NCBI GenBank assembly: GCA_051294905.1
Contig: CM119372.1
Location: 23,810,001 to 23,874,000, forward strand
Direction of reading: 5' to 3'
Length of the DNA stretch: 64,000 bases
DNA from: Botryllus schlosseri
Lineage: Eukaryota
The position numbers and the translations under genes were made by a program. Positions 25,684 through 39,485 of the stretch are shown one piece after another. Position 1 is the first letter of the stretch. The number at the start of each line of letters is the position of its first letter. The notes under the pieces were generated by a model. It made no database searches and had not been told where the DNA came from. It saw only the letters and a program-made list of their open reading frames with translations.

Positions 25684-25753
25684 CCTCTGCTCCTGTTGTG
25701 ATCACAGTTAACCACAATACAAAGAACAAAACTTTCGAAATATCCTTCATCAT
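25684..25753 (-). CDS. Exon 1 (signal peptide) of a secreted VWA-domain protein: MMKDISKVLFFVLWLTVITTGAE+G
   Basis: ATG with an in-frame TAA 39 nt upstream. Hydrophobic core VLFFVLWLTVI followed by small residues TGA. Perfect GTAAGT donor at 25683. Its phase-1 end fits the phase-1 acceptor at 17555 (G|TG=Val). An additional intervening exon cannot be excluded. Confidence 0.75.
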
Positions 25754-26086
25754 GAGTCGCCGTAAATCCACTATATCGCTTATTCGTGTTTAGTAACTAT
25801 ACGGTAGCGCAAAGTCATTACGTTTCACTATCTGTTTGAAAGTGCAAAGTTTCAAATGTCATCCTGCAACCAAGCGAAAGTGAACTTACAAAATACGCTT
25901 TCATCACGGCAGATTTCGACTCGAGTCGCGTCAAGTCACTTCAAAATTTTTTAAGTGATGTTATCAGTCAAATCAAGTCGTCTCAAATTTTCCGATTTCT
26001 CGTCAATTTCAAGTCACCAAATACTACCAAATTTGTGTCGTTTGATGTATCCTACCGGTGCAGATGTATATGTATTTTGTATAGAC

Positions 26087-26863
26087 GAGGGTTGCCATGC
26101 GTCCAGAATTTCCCGGACATGTCCGGAATTTCACTGAAAAATCTGCGTCCGGGAGGAATTTCTAAAATATGCCTAAATGTTCGGAATTTTGAAGGCTTGA
26201 AGTATGCTCGAAAGTTTTTCGTAAATCAACATAAACAATATTATTTTCAAGCAGATTTATGCAATTCGAAATTCTTCTTCGCGCTGCGCGCGAAGTAATG
26301 AAACGTACATTGATATCAGTATGAGCACCAGGCACCACCCCCGCCAAAATGCAACCAAAAATAAATATGAATAACCATCATTTACTGAAATAAGTCTAAT
26401 CGTAATCGCAATTATAAGCTAATGGTAGGCTTACCATATTTTGGAAATTTAAAAAGAGGACACTTTTTCAGAAATTTGACACTTGCAAAACCGGAGATGA
26501 ATTCTCAAAAACCGGTGAAATTTTCCCACTTTGTGACCGGTTGACTAAAAAAAGGTTATCTTTTCCGCACAGAGCTCAAAATACCGCTTTTCTTCACGAA
26601 TTGCTAGGTGGATGACTAAAAAAAAGGTCATCTCTCCGCCCAGAACTAAAATAACCGTTTTTCACTCCGAAATACCCGCCGGAGCGTCAGTTATAGGCTA
26701 ATTTATGGCATATCACGCGCAATTTGCTCTAATTCTGACCTCAATTTTCAAAAAAGAGGACAAAATCTCAAACAAGAGGGCAAAAGGGCGTCCTCCAGGG
26801 ACACTTTCAAAAAAGTCAATAAAGAGGACAAATCCTCTTAAAAGAGGACGTATGGTAGCCCTA
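26087..26863 (+). mobile_element. hAT family L (TAGGGTTGCCA TIR)
   Basis: GAGGGTTGCCATGCGTCC...GGACGTATGGTAGCCCTA. Truncated copy at 28926-29255 and inverted deleted copy at 40568-40961. Confidence 0.8.
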
Positions 26864-27776
26864 GCTAACGGTATATTCCTAGAGTTGGAAAGGCCGATTG
26901 GGTGCTACAGTTATGGATAGTGGTTCCAAATCTTGGGGTCGTTTGCCTTTATCTGGGGATCGCGATGAGGTTGGACGTAATCACCTTCCTAGGCCGGGAG
27001 CAAGTTTGAGGAAGCTGAATTTTTTAGTAATCAGCTTATCAAGTTTTCGGCCGGGCCACGGAACATTTTCAAGTTTGAAATGAGGTCGCAACCATAAGAG
27101 GTTGAAAATCACCGGATGTGCAACCTGCTGGTTCATTTCAGAGTAGCCTAATGGAAGAATCAGGACAGAATTCAATCAAAATATTTAACAGCCAAATGCA
27201 TATAGTAATTGCCCGAGAAGCTACAATCTAGATGAGCAGAGCAAAATATGAAATTGCAGATCGATGCATGGAAGGAGTCAGAATACATTTTTATGGTAAA
27301 ACAACAAATGTTTATCTACACGTCAATGACGGCATCAAGATCTGTGTCTACGCGTCAAGTGATTTGCGTCTTTAGTCGGGCTGGGCATATTCGAGTACAT
27401 CAGTGATTAGAATCTGGATCTGACGTGAATGAATGACGTGGAAAGTTCAAATATGCATATTTTATACGACCAAGGAACAAAGAATATAATCCCGGTTCTG
27501 CTCCACATTAAAGATAATTGAATATTTTCCCCAGCACATCTATTTCGTATTGCACTTTGTGCCAATGCTGCAGGTTGACCAAGGCTTCACAGTGTCATTT
27601 CCACTGGCGTTCTTAGCTTTTACGGTACATGTTTGGTATGCTGCGGTACGACCAAAAGAAGATGAAGTAGGGTATCTATAGTGAGCTCTCATGGTGACAA
27701 GTAACGTATAATTTCAGTAATCGAACAAATCATTGCTCAATACTCGAATTTATTCGAATAAATATTCGATTCGGAT

Positions 27777-28038
27777 TGTTGCTGTTTTATGGTGTTTATG
27801 GTGTGTGTCGACTATACATTGGTCAATTTTCTGCAGGTTTTTAAGTAGATGGCGACACGTAGCACGACCCACTTCTAGGATTTTTATAAGACGCCGCTTT
27901 CACGGATGAGATGGCGAGGAGGAGCCTAGATAGACCTCCAAGACTTAGTTAGGAATTCTGGAGTCGACCTCGGTCGGACTCGAACCCGCAATTCATTAGT
28001 ATAGCATCTGTGGATTATACCATGCGCTATCTCGCCAC
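27777..28038 (-). mobile_element. Diverged full-length SINE family 1
   Basis: Reverse complement of the head (CTATCTCGCCAC), B box (GGACTCGAACC) and core. Confidence 0.85.
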
Positions 28039-29825
28039 CGCATAGCCGTAGTCTTCATCTATAGTAAGCGCTGTAATAATCCACAATTTAAACCGCCATC
28101 AAGGTTACTCGATACGCATCCAGCTCTTCATTAAAACCTAGTCATTACATCGTATTCTTTCTCGAGTAGCGCATTGTACATTGTGCGTTTTGAACGGATT
28201 AAAATAATAGAACCGCCAATTATACCGATTACAGACCACACAAAATGCCCTGCTCCACACCAGTTTGCGGCCACAGCCTCAGTGTCAATGTCAGTTTATT
28301 ATCAACGTTATAATTTTAAAACATCAAAATACCGCCATACAATGAAAAGATACGAAGGTGTCGAAACGAATTGGAATAGTCTTTGAAATCAGACACTCAC
28401 TTGGGCCTGTAAGCGATATAAACAAAAGGCATTCACATTGGATGGAACGAAACAAGAGAATACATAAAATGACGATGTCCGGTAATCTTGAGGGCTGACT
28501 AGGATCGTTTCCCGGTAGTTGGTGCTGCAACTGACAGTGAGCACAGGACAACTATCGACAATTTTCAGTTTTTTCAAAATAGATTTAATGATAGCTACAC
28601 AGTTACGTCATATTCGAATAAAATTAAAATTCGAATATGCAAAAACACGTAGAAATTGAATTAAATAGAGACATAACAAAAATCAATTTCAGTTCTTATT
28701 AAATCAGAGCTCATTTTCATACTGATCAGCATGAGAATGACAATGTCTGTACACCAACCAATCTTGGATCGTTTCGCACTATACAGTTCTCTGTAGCATT
28801 TTCACGAAAATGATAAATTCGATCAGAATTAAGATGAGACCTTTGAAAGATTTCACAAATACGATTAGAATTATAATAACAGCATTTCGCTCTAATAATA
28901 ATCTAATTACACAACTAGATATATCTAGAGTTGCCATACGTCCGGAATTTACCGGACATGTCCGGAATTTCACTATTAAAACTGCGTCCGGGAGGAATTT
29001 CTAAAATATGCCTAAATGTCCGGAATTTTGACGGCTTGAAGTAATTTCATAATTTCTTCGCAAATCAACCTAAACAATGTTATTCTGGACCGATTTATGG
29101 AATTTATCTTCGCGCTGCGCGTGATTTAGGAAAACATATATTGCTTTCAATATTGGGACTACCACCTCGAAAAAACTGCAATCAAAAAGAAATAAAAATA
29201 ACACTCATTTCCCAAAATAAGTCTGATTGTAATCGCAATTACAAAATAACGGTATATTCAGAGAGTCGGTTTGGGCCGTTTGGATGCTTATTCGAAGAAG
29301 GTGGTTCTAAACCTGGGGTAGTTTGCCTTTATAAACTATATAGCAATATATAGAAGAACCAATAAGATTGACATAATTCATTCAAATCATTTAACGACCA
29401 GATGATATATAGTAAGTCCCCACAAGTCGCATCGATTACCTTACGGTGAGCCCAAGATCAGTGTTCATTGAGACTGGAGGAGGCTGAAAAGATGTGGCTT
29501 CGGCCCTGGTTAAAACTTACAACACACAACATCATACTCCTGAACCGGATTATGACCATCTCTAGTCGATAGACAAGGCTTTGCTGGTGGGACGTCATAT
29601 TTATCGACAATTTGTTAAGACCTTATTTCAACATCCGCTAGTGGGTGCTGAAGAGAGTCCGGAATTTGTGCTGCAAAAATATGTTAACCCTAAGCTACAT
29701 CGATTACCCTATGGTGGGCCCAAGATCAGTGCATTTTTTAGGCGGAAGGTGGCAGAAAAAATGTTGTTTCGGACCTGATTAAAATAAACACACAATCAGA
29801 TAGCCGTCCCGACCTAACAGTATAG

Positions 29826-31079
29826 CAGGGCTGTCAAACACAATCCCGACAGGCCAGTCACGGCCCGCCAGACGATTTCATCCGGCCAATGGAGAAATCT
29901 ATTGCAGACCCTAGCAAGTATCAATCACCATCACATTACAGGTGGCCCAATTCATGACCTATGTTCCACCCCATTCCTGTATACAGTCGATTGGCAATGT
30001 TTTGCTAGTGTGACGTCATATTGACAGACGATGTGTTATATCTAATTTTTAAATCCGCTAGTGGGCGCTAAAGAGTGTCCTAAATTTGCTTCACAAAAAT
30101 ATAGTAACCCTAGTATAGACCTCGTCAAGTCGTCAAACCTGTCAAACTTGCTGTCGTGCAATTTATAAACGCTATACTACACTGGGAGCATAATTCATTG
30201 TCAGTGACTTCTATTGACTAAACTTTTGCATGAATGCTGTAGGCAGGCAGCTCCGAGCTCATGTGTACTGAGGAGAACTAATGTTTAGGCTTGTAGGAGA
30301 AATTTGCCTGGCTGAAAAAGGAACTACTTTAGCTCATATTGTGACATAACTTTCCAATCAACATCCATTCGACTGAATGCTGAGAGCCTATGGGATGTAT
30401 GAACCTTTCTCTCCAAGAAAGTCGTCTCGAAAATTTTTTGTCCGAGTCACGACTAATTCCACAGTTCTAATCTGCCGGGGCAAGAAAAGACAACTTTTTA
30501 ATCAACAGCCATTCCACTCAATGATGAGTTCCTTTGGAATTTATGAACCTTTCTCTCAAACAAAACGACTTGAAAACATAAGTCCGAGTCACGAATCATT
30601 CCACAGTTCTAGTACGTTGCGCTACGAAATATAAATGAAGAAAATTCGCCTGGTGTAAATGAGTAGTCGATAAACCTCATGAATATCACAAACAACAGCA
30701 TTATGTTGCGTATGAGTCATTTGACGTCATGTTGGGACAGTAATTCGAGTCGAGTCATGACTTGAGGATCCAGTTTTTCATCAAACTTTGAACTCAGTGT
30801 GCACTTTCTTGCCTTCTCGGAATTAGGTATCAATGCCACTGACTTATTTCTTATTGGGGAGTTACTTGAAACCGCAATTCCGCCGTCGGATGGTTATAAT
30901 GTGCCCTGTAAACATGTTCGACATCGACTGTTTTGAGGGATTATTTATCGGAAATAATTATTAGAAAAATCTCAGCATTTGTTAGAAATGTCCGGGACAA
31001 TCCAAACATTTTCAATCTACTCAGAATTGCTTCAGAGGCCGCAAAAAGTCGTCTGGCTGGCCTATGTTTGACAACCCTG
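29826..31079. mobile_element. Charlie-like hAT element with internal fragments
   Basis: CAGGGCTGTCAAAC...GTTTGACAACCCTG. TSD poorly conserved. Confidence 0.65.
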
Positions 31080-32252
31080 ATCTAGAATCCTAATGTGGCT
31101 ATAAATTGGTAAATTGGCTATGTCATCTTCCTATTATAAATAACCTCCAACCGTTGCGTGCAGGGATGGAGTTGACTACAGGTGCCCTTCCGATCTGTCA
31201 TTAGGAACAATGACTGATTTTAAGGTGTTCATTTGTTATTTTCTGAATGATGAGCTATACATAAGCCATCATGTGTCAGATAGTAAATGCGTTGTTCATT
31301 GATCTATCTCCGGGGCGGCAAACCAATTTTAGTCATCAACATTCCAAATTTCGCGATAAGGCTAATTAAATTTTGGTTGGCTTATATCAAGTACATAATC
31401 AATTTACGTGGTCAATCCATCTTTGAACGTGAAAATTTCTTCGAGGATCACGGGTACGCCACCCCCAATATAGCTAGAACAGTGGTTCTTAACCTTTTTC
31501 TTCCAGTGACCCAATTGCTGAAAATTCCATGGTCTTCCTCCCCTCCCCCACCCATATTTCAAGGTTTGTACTAAAGACGATGGAATGTATCAATCGTACA
31601 GGTCCAGTCGAGGCTGCCAGTTTAAACTTAACTATTAGAAACATTTCGTGGTTGAATCGCACCCGATGACCGCTCAACTTATTAACGATCCTATCTGTAT
31701 ATGTTACTGTTGGGTACAGCCCCATACCTATCGGGTTCGGGCCCAATACACACATATCCTAATTCCACCTCTGCGATTGGCCGTACAATTGGGGATGGTC
31801 ACAATGATTCCGGTACTCGAATCTGAATCGTGTAATAATCCTAATGCTTTGAGTCGGATAGTGAAAGATGATTGGTTCGAGTACTGGAATTATGATATAC
31901 GCCCCTTGCAAATGATGGCAAATTTACCGACGGCAATTATAGTTTAGATACGACAGCAAACAGAATTATATCGCGGTCATAAACCCTACGTGCCTATACA
32001 TACATGCATAATTTGGATAAAATTGTTGTACTCGATTTATACCGCGGCATCACGCATAAGTCTGAGGTAGGTTCTGGTTTTGTGTGCCATGGGTGTGCCG
32101 GATTTCGATGAGCAAGACACAATACATCTCGGAACATTTTGTCGGGAAGCCCCAATCTATTGTTTTACTGAAACTGTGTTAAGGGACACTTTGCAATACT
32201 CAATTCGTATGAGAGTGCCCGAATCTAGTTGAATCTAGTTGTCTGGTTAAAG

Positions 32253-33386
32253 CAGGGGTGGGAAAACTTCAGCCCGCGGGCCGCATGCATCCCGCACACC
32301 GTTCTGTGCAGCCCGCGAGAGTCTAAAGAAACTTATTCAAAATATTGATAAAATGCCTACTAAAAATGGAATTAATGCAGGGACTTGATTAAACTTTTTC
32401 TTAGTATATTTCACCATGATAATAAGGCATTGGTTCTCAAACTGGGGGCGCACCCCTCTTTGAGGCGTGAACGCATCTGAAGGCGGGCGCGAATCTGAGC
32501 TCGAAAGAAAAAATATTTCGCGCTCCGAGCGATTTACATCCCCTTCATAATTATTGCTCTGTATTTAGTCTGAATTTCATGTTTAAAAAGCTTCTATCCG
32601 CAGTCGTAACCTTACATGTCATCAAACTATCGGTAAGGTTTGCTAGCATCCTGGATGCGTTTTGTGACATGACGATAAGGTGGACGCGAAATATTTTACC
32701 ATCATAAGGGAGGTGCGTGTCTTAAAAAGTTTGAGAACCACTGTTCGAAGGTAAATACTTCCTATATTATATTTTTATGTTTGATTTCTGGCGCGACAGC
32801 CCGATCTCAAGGCCCACGAAGATTGAAAGGTTTCAACTGGTAAACATCACGGAAATCCTAAACGAGATTGAACTAATTCGGATCACGAGTGTGATTTCAG
32901 ATTGGCCACTCCAGTTTGAATTATTTCAGTGCGTGTCTTAGGTAGATTCGTTCTCTGTATGTGTGGAATTAGGATATTTATATTTTATCTACACATAGTA
33001 GAAGCTTGTTTGAAGCCAACATGGTTATGATGCTGTCAGCATTGTGTGTCCTGGAACTGAACCAAATGTGGGATTAGTAAATCTATGAACAGATCGCTGC
33101 TCACAGACTAAATTTTCAATTATATTCTAAAAATCGGGACAACCGACTTTCATCACTATGTTTTTGACAAATTGGTTACTGACCTCGTTTAAGACGCGTC
33201 TACGATATCATCAAAGCAGAGTTTGGATTTTTTTAAATAAATATATATATCATCTCCATGTCCTCACTGTATAATCAAATACCAATGTTGCGTTTTGGCT
33301 TACAGTCCGAATTTTATATAGTGCAGCCCACGAATGGATTCAAATGTTAAATGCGGCCCGAGAGCTCAGAAGTTTGCCCACCCCTG
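32253..33386. mobile_element. Charlie-like hAT with nested MITE 32428-32743
   Basis: CAGGGGTGGGAAAAC...GTTTGCCCACCCCTG with TSD GGTTAAAG/AGTTGAAG. Inner element CATTGGTTCTCAAAC...GTTTGAGAACCACTG. Confidence 0.8.
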
Positions 33387-33559
33387 AGTTGAAGACGCAT
33401 TGATTGGAGTACTTGGCTGTAATAAGATTTATAACGTTTACGTGTATAATATATTGATATAAATTAATATTCCTCTGATGATTACACGATCAGGAAAAGA
33501 TCAGCAAGCAATAATAGAACAAATTCGAAACCAACTTCCAGCAGTCGTCAAGTCATGTC

Positions 33560-33745
33560 TTACTGATGTCGAACTTGGACCAGCAACTCTTGCCTATGAC
33601 ATTTCTGACCATTACCCAATCCTCTGCGAACTAGACCTTGTGCGGAAAAATTCTCCACTCAACTATACACTACGAAGGGACCGAAGTAATTTGTCCAAAT
33701 ATAACTTGTTACTTGATGGGTATGACAAGTTCAGATATTTTGTAG
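33560..33745 (+). pseudogene. LINE AP-endonuclease C-terminal fragment
   Basis: YDISDHYPILCEL (SDH motif) followed by YTLRRDRS in ORF 33478-33804. Confidence 0.7.
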
Positions 33746-35971
33746 ACTCCAGTGTAGGGGTCCTAGTCGCTGAGCGGGGACTAGTTATAACGCATAATAT
33801 ATAATACATACAACAGTACATATATCGCCAATTCACTACAACGCCATTTGACTGTAAAAGTTCGCAGACACAGAACCATGTGACGCCATCATTATAAGGC
33901 AACTTAATATTTGCAACATAACAATTACAGATAAACCGGAAATAGTCACTAGTCTAATCCTTCTTATTCGCTTCAGACACCTTTGTTACGCATAACAAGC
34001 GCGCGAGCTTCGGGTTGTATAAAATAGATGTTGTATATAGGGTGGTTTTAACTAATCACCTACCTATCGGTGACTAGTTGGCCAGAAAGATCACCTAATT
34101 TTGCTAATGGCCTTCCTCAAGAATAGTTATCTGCCTACGACACTATAGCCTACACTCTGTCGTAATTATTTTTCTTGGCTACAATACTGACACTAATCCC
34201 AGAGAACATTAGATAATGTTTCCTTTTAATGAATATTGGTGGGTAATCACACCCCTGTTGTTTGACACTGCACAGTGCACATGTGTGAATAAAGGCGTCT
34301 TATGGGCCGCCGTGGCAGTTAGTTTCAACTTCAACGAAAGCTGTACAGTATACATAAACAGCGAACCATAATGTATACGGCTATGGCCAACTGATATATG
34401 TCTTCCTCATTTTTAAAGGCATGCATGTTCCTATATTGGTATATTACGGATGTTCAATTAATGCAGCACAGCATACAAGAATTTACAGTTCAAACATCAA
34501 ATTACGCCATGAACTTTTCAATTACCGTGTCTCATCTCTAATATAATCTTTGGAGTGCAAAATAAGTAAGTCAAGAAATACAATGCATTACATGCTATAG
34601 CTACATTAAAATAACTATTTCACCATATAGCCAAAAATATGATTCATAAGTGTTTATAAAGTGCGAATAATGATACAGGACGAGTGACCACTACTGCCTG
34701 ACACAAATATCCATCATGCATCAATCATCAAATCTTCACTCCGACATGTAGGCTATTAAAAGGGTCATATAAAGATACCATAACACACAGCCTAATAACT
34801 CGGTTCTCAAGCAGTATGTTATTTCGATATATCATCTCAGCGTGGATTTTTTCCTTACCAAATGACATTCGAACTTTAATACAATGCGTCAATACTGCTG
34901 ACTACAACTATACACTTTTGGTAAATATAATTTTTGATAATATCTGGATACTCGATCCTCATCCATAATGAGCTCCTAGTACCATAAAGAGATATTTTAA
35001 TCATTTCCGAAATATGCACGGTTTCAAATCTTCCGCTTAATACGGCATTCTGAAACTGGTCAACAACATCTTTACAATTAATTCAACTAATCTGGCTCTC
35101 ATGATGCTTCTGCTGGCAGATGCACGGTTCATTTAATAGCATTACATTGATATTTGAAGTTTGGACTTAAGACTTCTAATATGCCCTATTACTATCCTAT
35201 TCTCGAATCCAAAAATATTTGGAATTATCCGGCCTATGTTTAGATCCGCGCTAAGGCAAGAATGACGACGACTAACGCATTATCCTATATTTAATGTCTG
35301 ACGAACAACTTCTGGCCATATTTCCAAGCTTCCGGTATTTAAATTCAGCTAACTTCCCCATCGCATCAATCGGGCATTTAACTTGGTGACGTATTTTCTA
35401 GTTCATGATGCCATCAACCTCAATCTGATTTCACTTTTGGTGTTGAAAAATGAAAGATTTATATAAACCTTTGTTATTTTTATAGCATAACTCTTGTTGC
35501 ATCGTTATTCTAAATTTTTAACAGTAACACATACATAACAGTCCAAATTTTAAATAGCGCCAGTTAGCCATAGTTGCTATACATTCATCATCGTACCCAA
35601 ATCCTAGAATTACGGGCCCCCAATCGATGATCGTTTGGTTATAATAACTGTGATGCCCGCTTCTATACCGACTCGTATGTCAATCCTTTTCCTACTTGTG
35701 CTACATTATAGCTCGCCTGCAAACATATTTACATATTATATATCGGTATTTGTGATAAATTACATCGGTATTTATAAGTAATTACATAACTTCACGGGGC
35801 TCGATGTTATAGAACTACTAAATTAGTATTAATACCGTTATTTCCCATTTCTACCATAAAAGTAACCAGGTTGTTGTTATATCCAACCGGTAAAAAGCAG
35901 TGTGCCCATTAATAAATAACCGTTTATGACCTGGTCGATTTTGCGTGAGCTCCGAGATCCGTACTTGGACC

Positions 35972-38677
35972 CATAGGCGCCGAGTTACGGGGTGGTGGGG
36001 TGGCGCAGCCACCACATGACACTTGTATGGGGTGGCGGCCACTCCATACGAAATGCTTGAACGCCCGCGGTCTGTCAATTCGAGTCCGTGATATCGCGTA
36101 ATGCCAACTATTTACCATTTACCGATACGCGTGGGAATAATTTAATACGCAGCTTCGCCGGCGACGATTTTAGATTGTAATCCGCGATTAGTAATCATAC
36201 AATAGAAGTAGCCTCATCACCAAAGTGCGCATATTCATTGCTCTAACAAGGCTTTGTCAACTTTTATCGGAAAATGCAATAATGCAGCTCAAATGTCGAT
36301 ATAATGAGTACACAATTGTCGCGATGTCAGACTCGGAACCCCATTGTGCTGTACGCAAGTTGAGGAATTACTGATTAGATGCGCGCTTTCTCGTTTGCTA
36401 TCATCTGTAGGCTACTAATTCGTGTCTGCTTTATATACTCGTACTCCCTCGGTGTCACTTTGATTGTTATTAATACTGCGCATTGTGCAGTGCACGGCGT
36501 TGAATTACGTTGTAAAATATTGATGCAGCACGAGATTCTCGGCGGCGCAAATTCTGAATTTATTCGATTAGTTTGTGCGCAACCATATCGCGGATCGAAT
36601 TTCTAACCTTTGGGATTTGTATTTCTATTGATAAGATCGCGGCATGCGCCCACATTGCTCTTGCTGGAATAACACGTGGATAATAATAATAGCGCGCCAT
36701 TTTACGATCAAATGGCTGATCGGGGCCTACGTATTATCGATGCTGCGTGCTGCAAACTAGCGAGAATCATTCGTATGCGAAATAAGTCATCGAAAGCTCA
36801 TGTGCACTATCGTCGCTGGTTTGATTTAGCGTGTCCGCATGCAGGCCTGGTGCCGTCCGCAGAAACATCGCCAAACAGTAACAATCTCTGAGTGTAATAT
36901 TGTTTGCGTGCATGTATCTTTTGATTAAAACTTATGCCCGCGTCTAAACAAATTGTGCTTGTTGTAATTGCCGAATCTGGTTATTTAGATATGACTAGCG
37001 CACCCTCTAATTGTAAGTATTGCGGGTTTGCAGCATGTCTGCAATTTCGTTATCAGCGCAACCTTGTCGGCGGATTGGACAGTTCGATAAAATTGATCAC
37101 CACTATGTATTTCGCACAGCGTACTGATGCTGATTTCAGCCAACCAACGGTCTTTATTAGATGTACAAATTCGACCTCATCGTTACAATCATAGATTTCA
37201 TCGCGCGCTCCGAGTAACACCATCTCTTATCGCGAGTTGACGACCAAATATACGTTCACCTTATACAAATTCAAGTGCATTATTTGCATCGGTGAGGACC
37301 GCAAGCCGCGTTCAAAATATTTTGTGAACCACTTTTGTGATAAATATTCTCGGAGCGCACAGTTGAACAGTGTTTTATCGTATGTGCCTGTTAGTTGGAA
37401 TTTATTCCAGTGCCCATAATATTATTCCAATTATGCTTCGCGAACGTAAATCGGGAAATGCAGCAATGCAGTAAGAAATCGATGATTTAATCAACAACCA
37501 ATTGTCGCGATGCGAGCTACCCAATACCAAGTAAAAACACTGTGTTGGCGGTACGACATAATTACTGATTCGCCGCACGCGTTTGTAATCATCATTTTTG
37601 TCTGTCTTTCGTGTTCCAGAATTGTCGCGCATTGTTACTACTCACTGTGCTCGGTCCAGCGATGAATGCCGAGGGAGAGCTCGGCAATCAATGACCTAAT
37701 TTCGCAATCATCTCAGCGGGAGATCGCGTCTCATTAAATTGTGCGATATGCGTACACAGACGAATCTCGCTAATTGTTCGCGGCAGCGCGTAACACTGAT
37801 AAAACTTGCTTAATCGCAACTGAATATTAGCATCAGAATAGTAATTTCAAAAGGACGGGGTTTTGCATTCCAAAAGGACGGGATTTTGACACTCTATGGC
37901 AGGGCCGGCCAACCCGTGGCCCGCGGGTCACATGTGGCCCGCGAGAAGGTTTTCAGTGGCCCGCAAGGTAATTTCCGAAATTTCTAATGTTATCAAAAAT
38001 GGATTACACAGATTGTGAACTTGTGAGGCCAACCAAAAATTTGATTAGTCTGGCCGCAACACTTGAGATGTGATGACTAAAATATCAGTTCCGACGCATT
38101 GGCAGATTCATGAGCCAGTCACATATTGGTAGATCTTCGTACACTACAATAAAGCAGAATAATTTGTGATAGATTTATCAAAAGTAAAAATTTTCTACAC
38201 GCTTCGCGCAACATGTTGTCACTCGATTTCTTCCTTTTAATATTGTTGCCCATTTGTAAAAATGAAAGAACGCCTAATGTGTCAGATTGAATCCAACTAT
38301 ATTCGCGATTACGAGACAGAGTGTCGTTGAACATATGCGACTTTGCGTTTGCACTTGCAGAAAGACCGTCGACTATGAAACCTCTAGGCACAAAATGATT
38401 GACGCATGTTGGTCGAAACTTTCGATATCGATATGTCCAGACGCCAATAGCCCAGTACTTGCAAACTGAGCCCAGCGATATACAGCAGGCCCACAATATA
38501 GTCAGGTGACAATATTATTGACATGTGAACTTGAAAAATTTTTCGCGCTTCGCGCGGCTAGTGGCCCGCGCAACAGTTCGTCAATCGAATGTGGCCCTTT
38601 GGCTGAAAAGGTTGGCCAACCCTGTATGGCTACGCGCCTGCCGCCACCCCATGCAAAAATAAAAGTCGGCGCCTATG
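35972..38677. mobile_element. hAT-like element (CATAGGCGCCGA TIR) inserted in LINE RT motif GSVLGP, carrying unexplained CpG-rich cargo
   Basis: CATAGGCGCCGA...TCGGCGCCTATG with flanks TTGGACC/TTGGGCC. Upstream reads RSVLG, downstream GPTLSLLYMND. Confidence 0.72.
37900..38624 (-). mobile_element. Charlie-like family I, inverted
   Basis: CAGGGCCGGCCAACC...GGTTGGCCAACCCTG, similar to the reverse complement of 18912-19578. Confidence 0.8.
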
Positions 38678-39485
38678 TTGGGCCCACCCTGTCTTTACTA
38701 TATATGAACGATATATCATTATGCTCCGATTTTACTACAACTCTCTTTGCAGACGATAGCCACCTGTCACTTTCCTCAGGAAATGCCGAGAACCTTGTGT
38801 TAAAAGCCAATGCTCTTCTTGACTATATAAGTACCTGGTTATTTTGCAACAAATTGTTTGTCAATGTCAAAAAGTGCTAAACACTTCCAATAGGCAAGGA
38901 AAAGTACAGATCAGAGTTATCAAGTCCCAAATATGCAGGAAAGTTGGCAATTTCAGGCCAACAGCTAGACCTATGCAAGTCTATCAAGTACCTTGGTATT
39001 CATATAGATCAGGGGCGGGCAACTTCTCCAGTCAGCGGGCCAGATATAGGAAAGTTAAGTACTTGGCGGAACGGATTGCTGAATCGAAACATTTTTCGTC
39101 CATTTACCCACATATATAAAGAATAAATCGTATTTAATGAATGTATTTTAACGACAGCAATGTCATTTCAATGCCATTTCTCGCCGATAATGACGAAGAC
39201 AATGTGGATTTGAGAGCAGCATTGTCATACAGCCGCCGCTATGTCTGCTTCTCTCTCATCAATTAATACACGGTGCAATCCATAATTACGATTTCCAGGC
39301 GTCCGATGAACCCGGTACCCCAAATTTACCAATATATCAATTCATCTGAGTTGAGTACATGGTCAATGCCGATAATGCAAGCCTTCTCGCTACGACGAAC
39401 TTACGCGTAAGCTGTACTCTCGCACGCTGCGCAGTACGCACACACGTATGTAATAACATACAGTCACTAAAATTTGACGTTTAAG

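Noticed and set aside
34900..35610. Possible decayed minus-strand RT (YDDE, EFKY, DIKYR, SLYG fragments)
   Set aside because: The motifs are scattered across frames and need a translated profile search.
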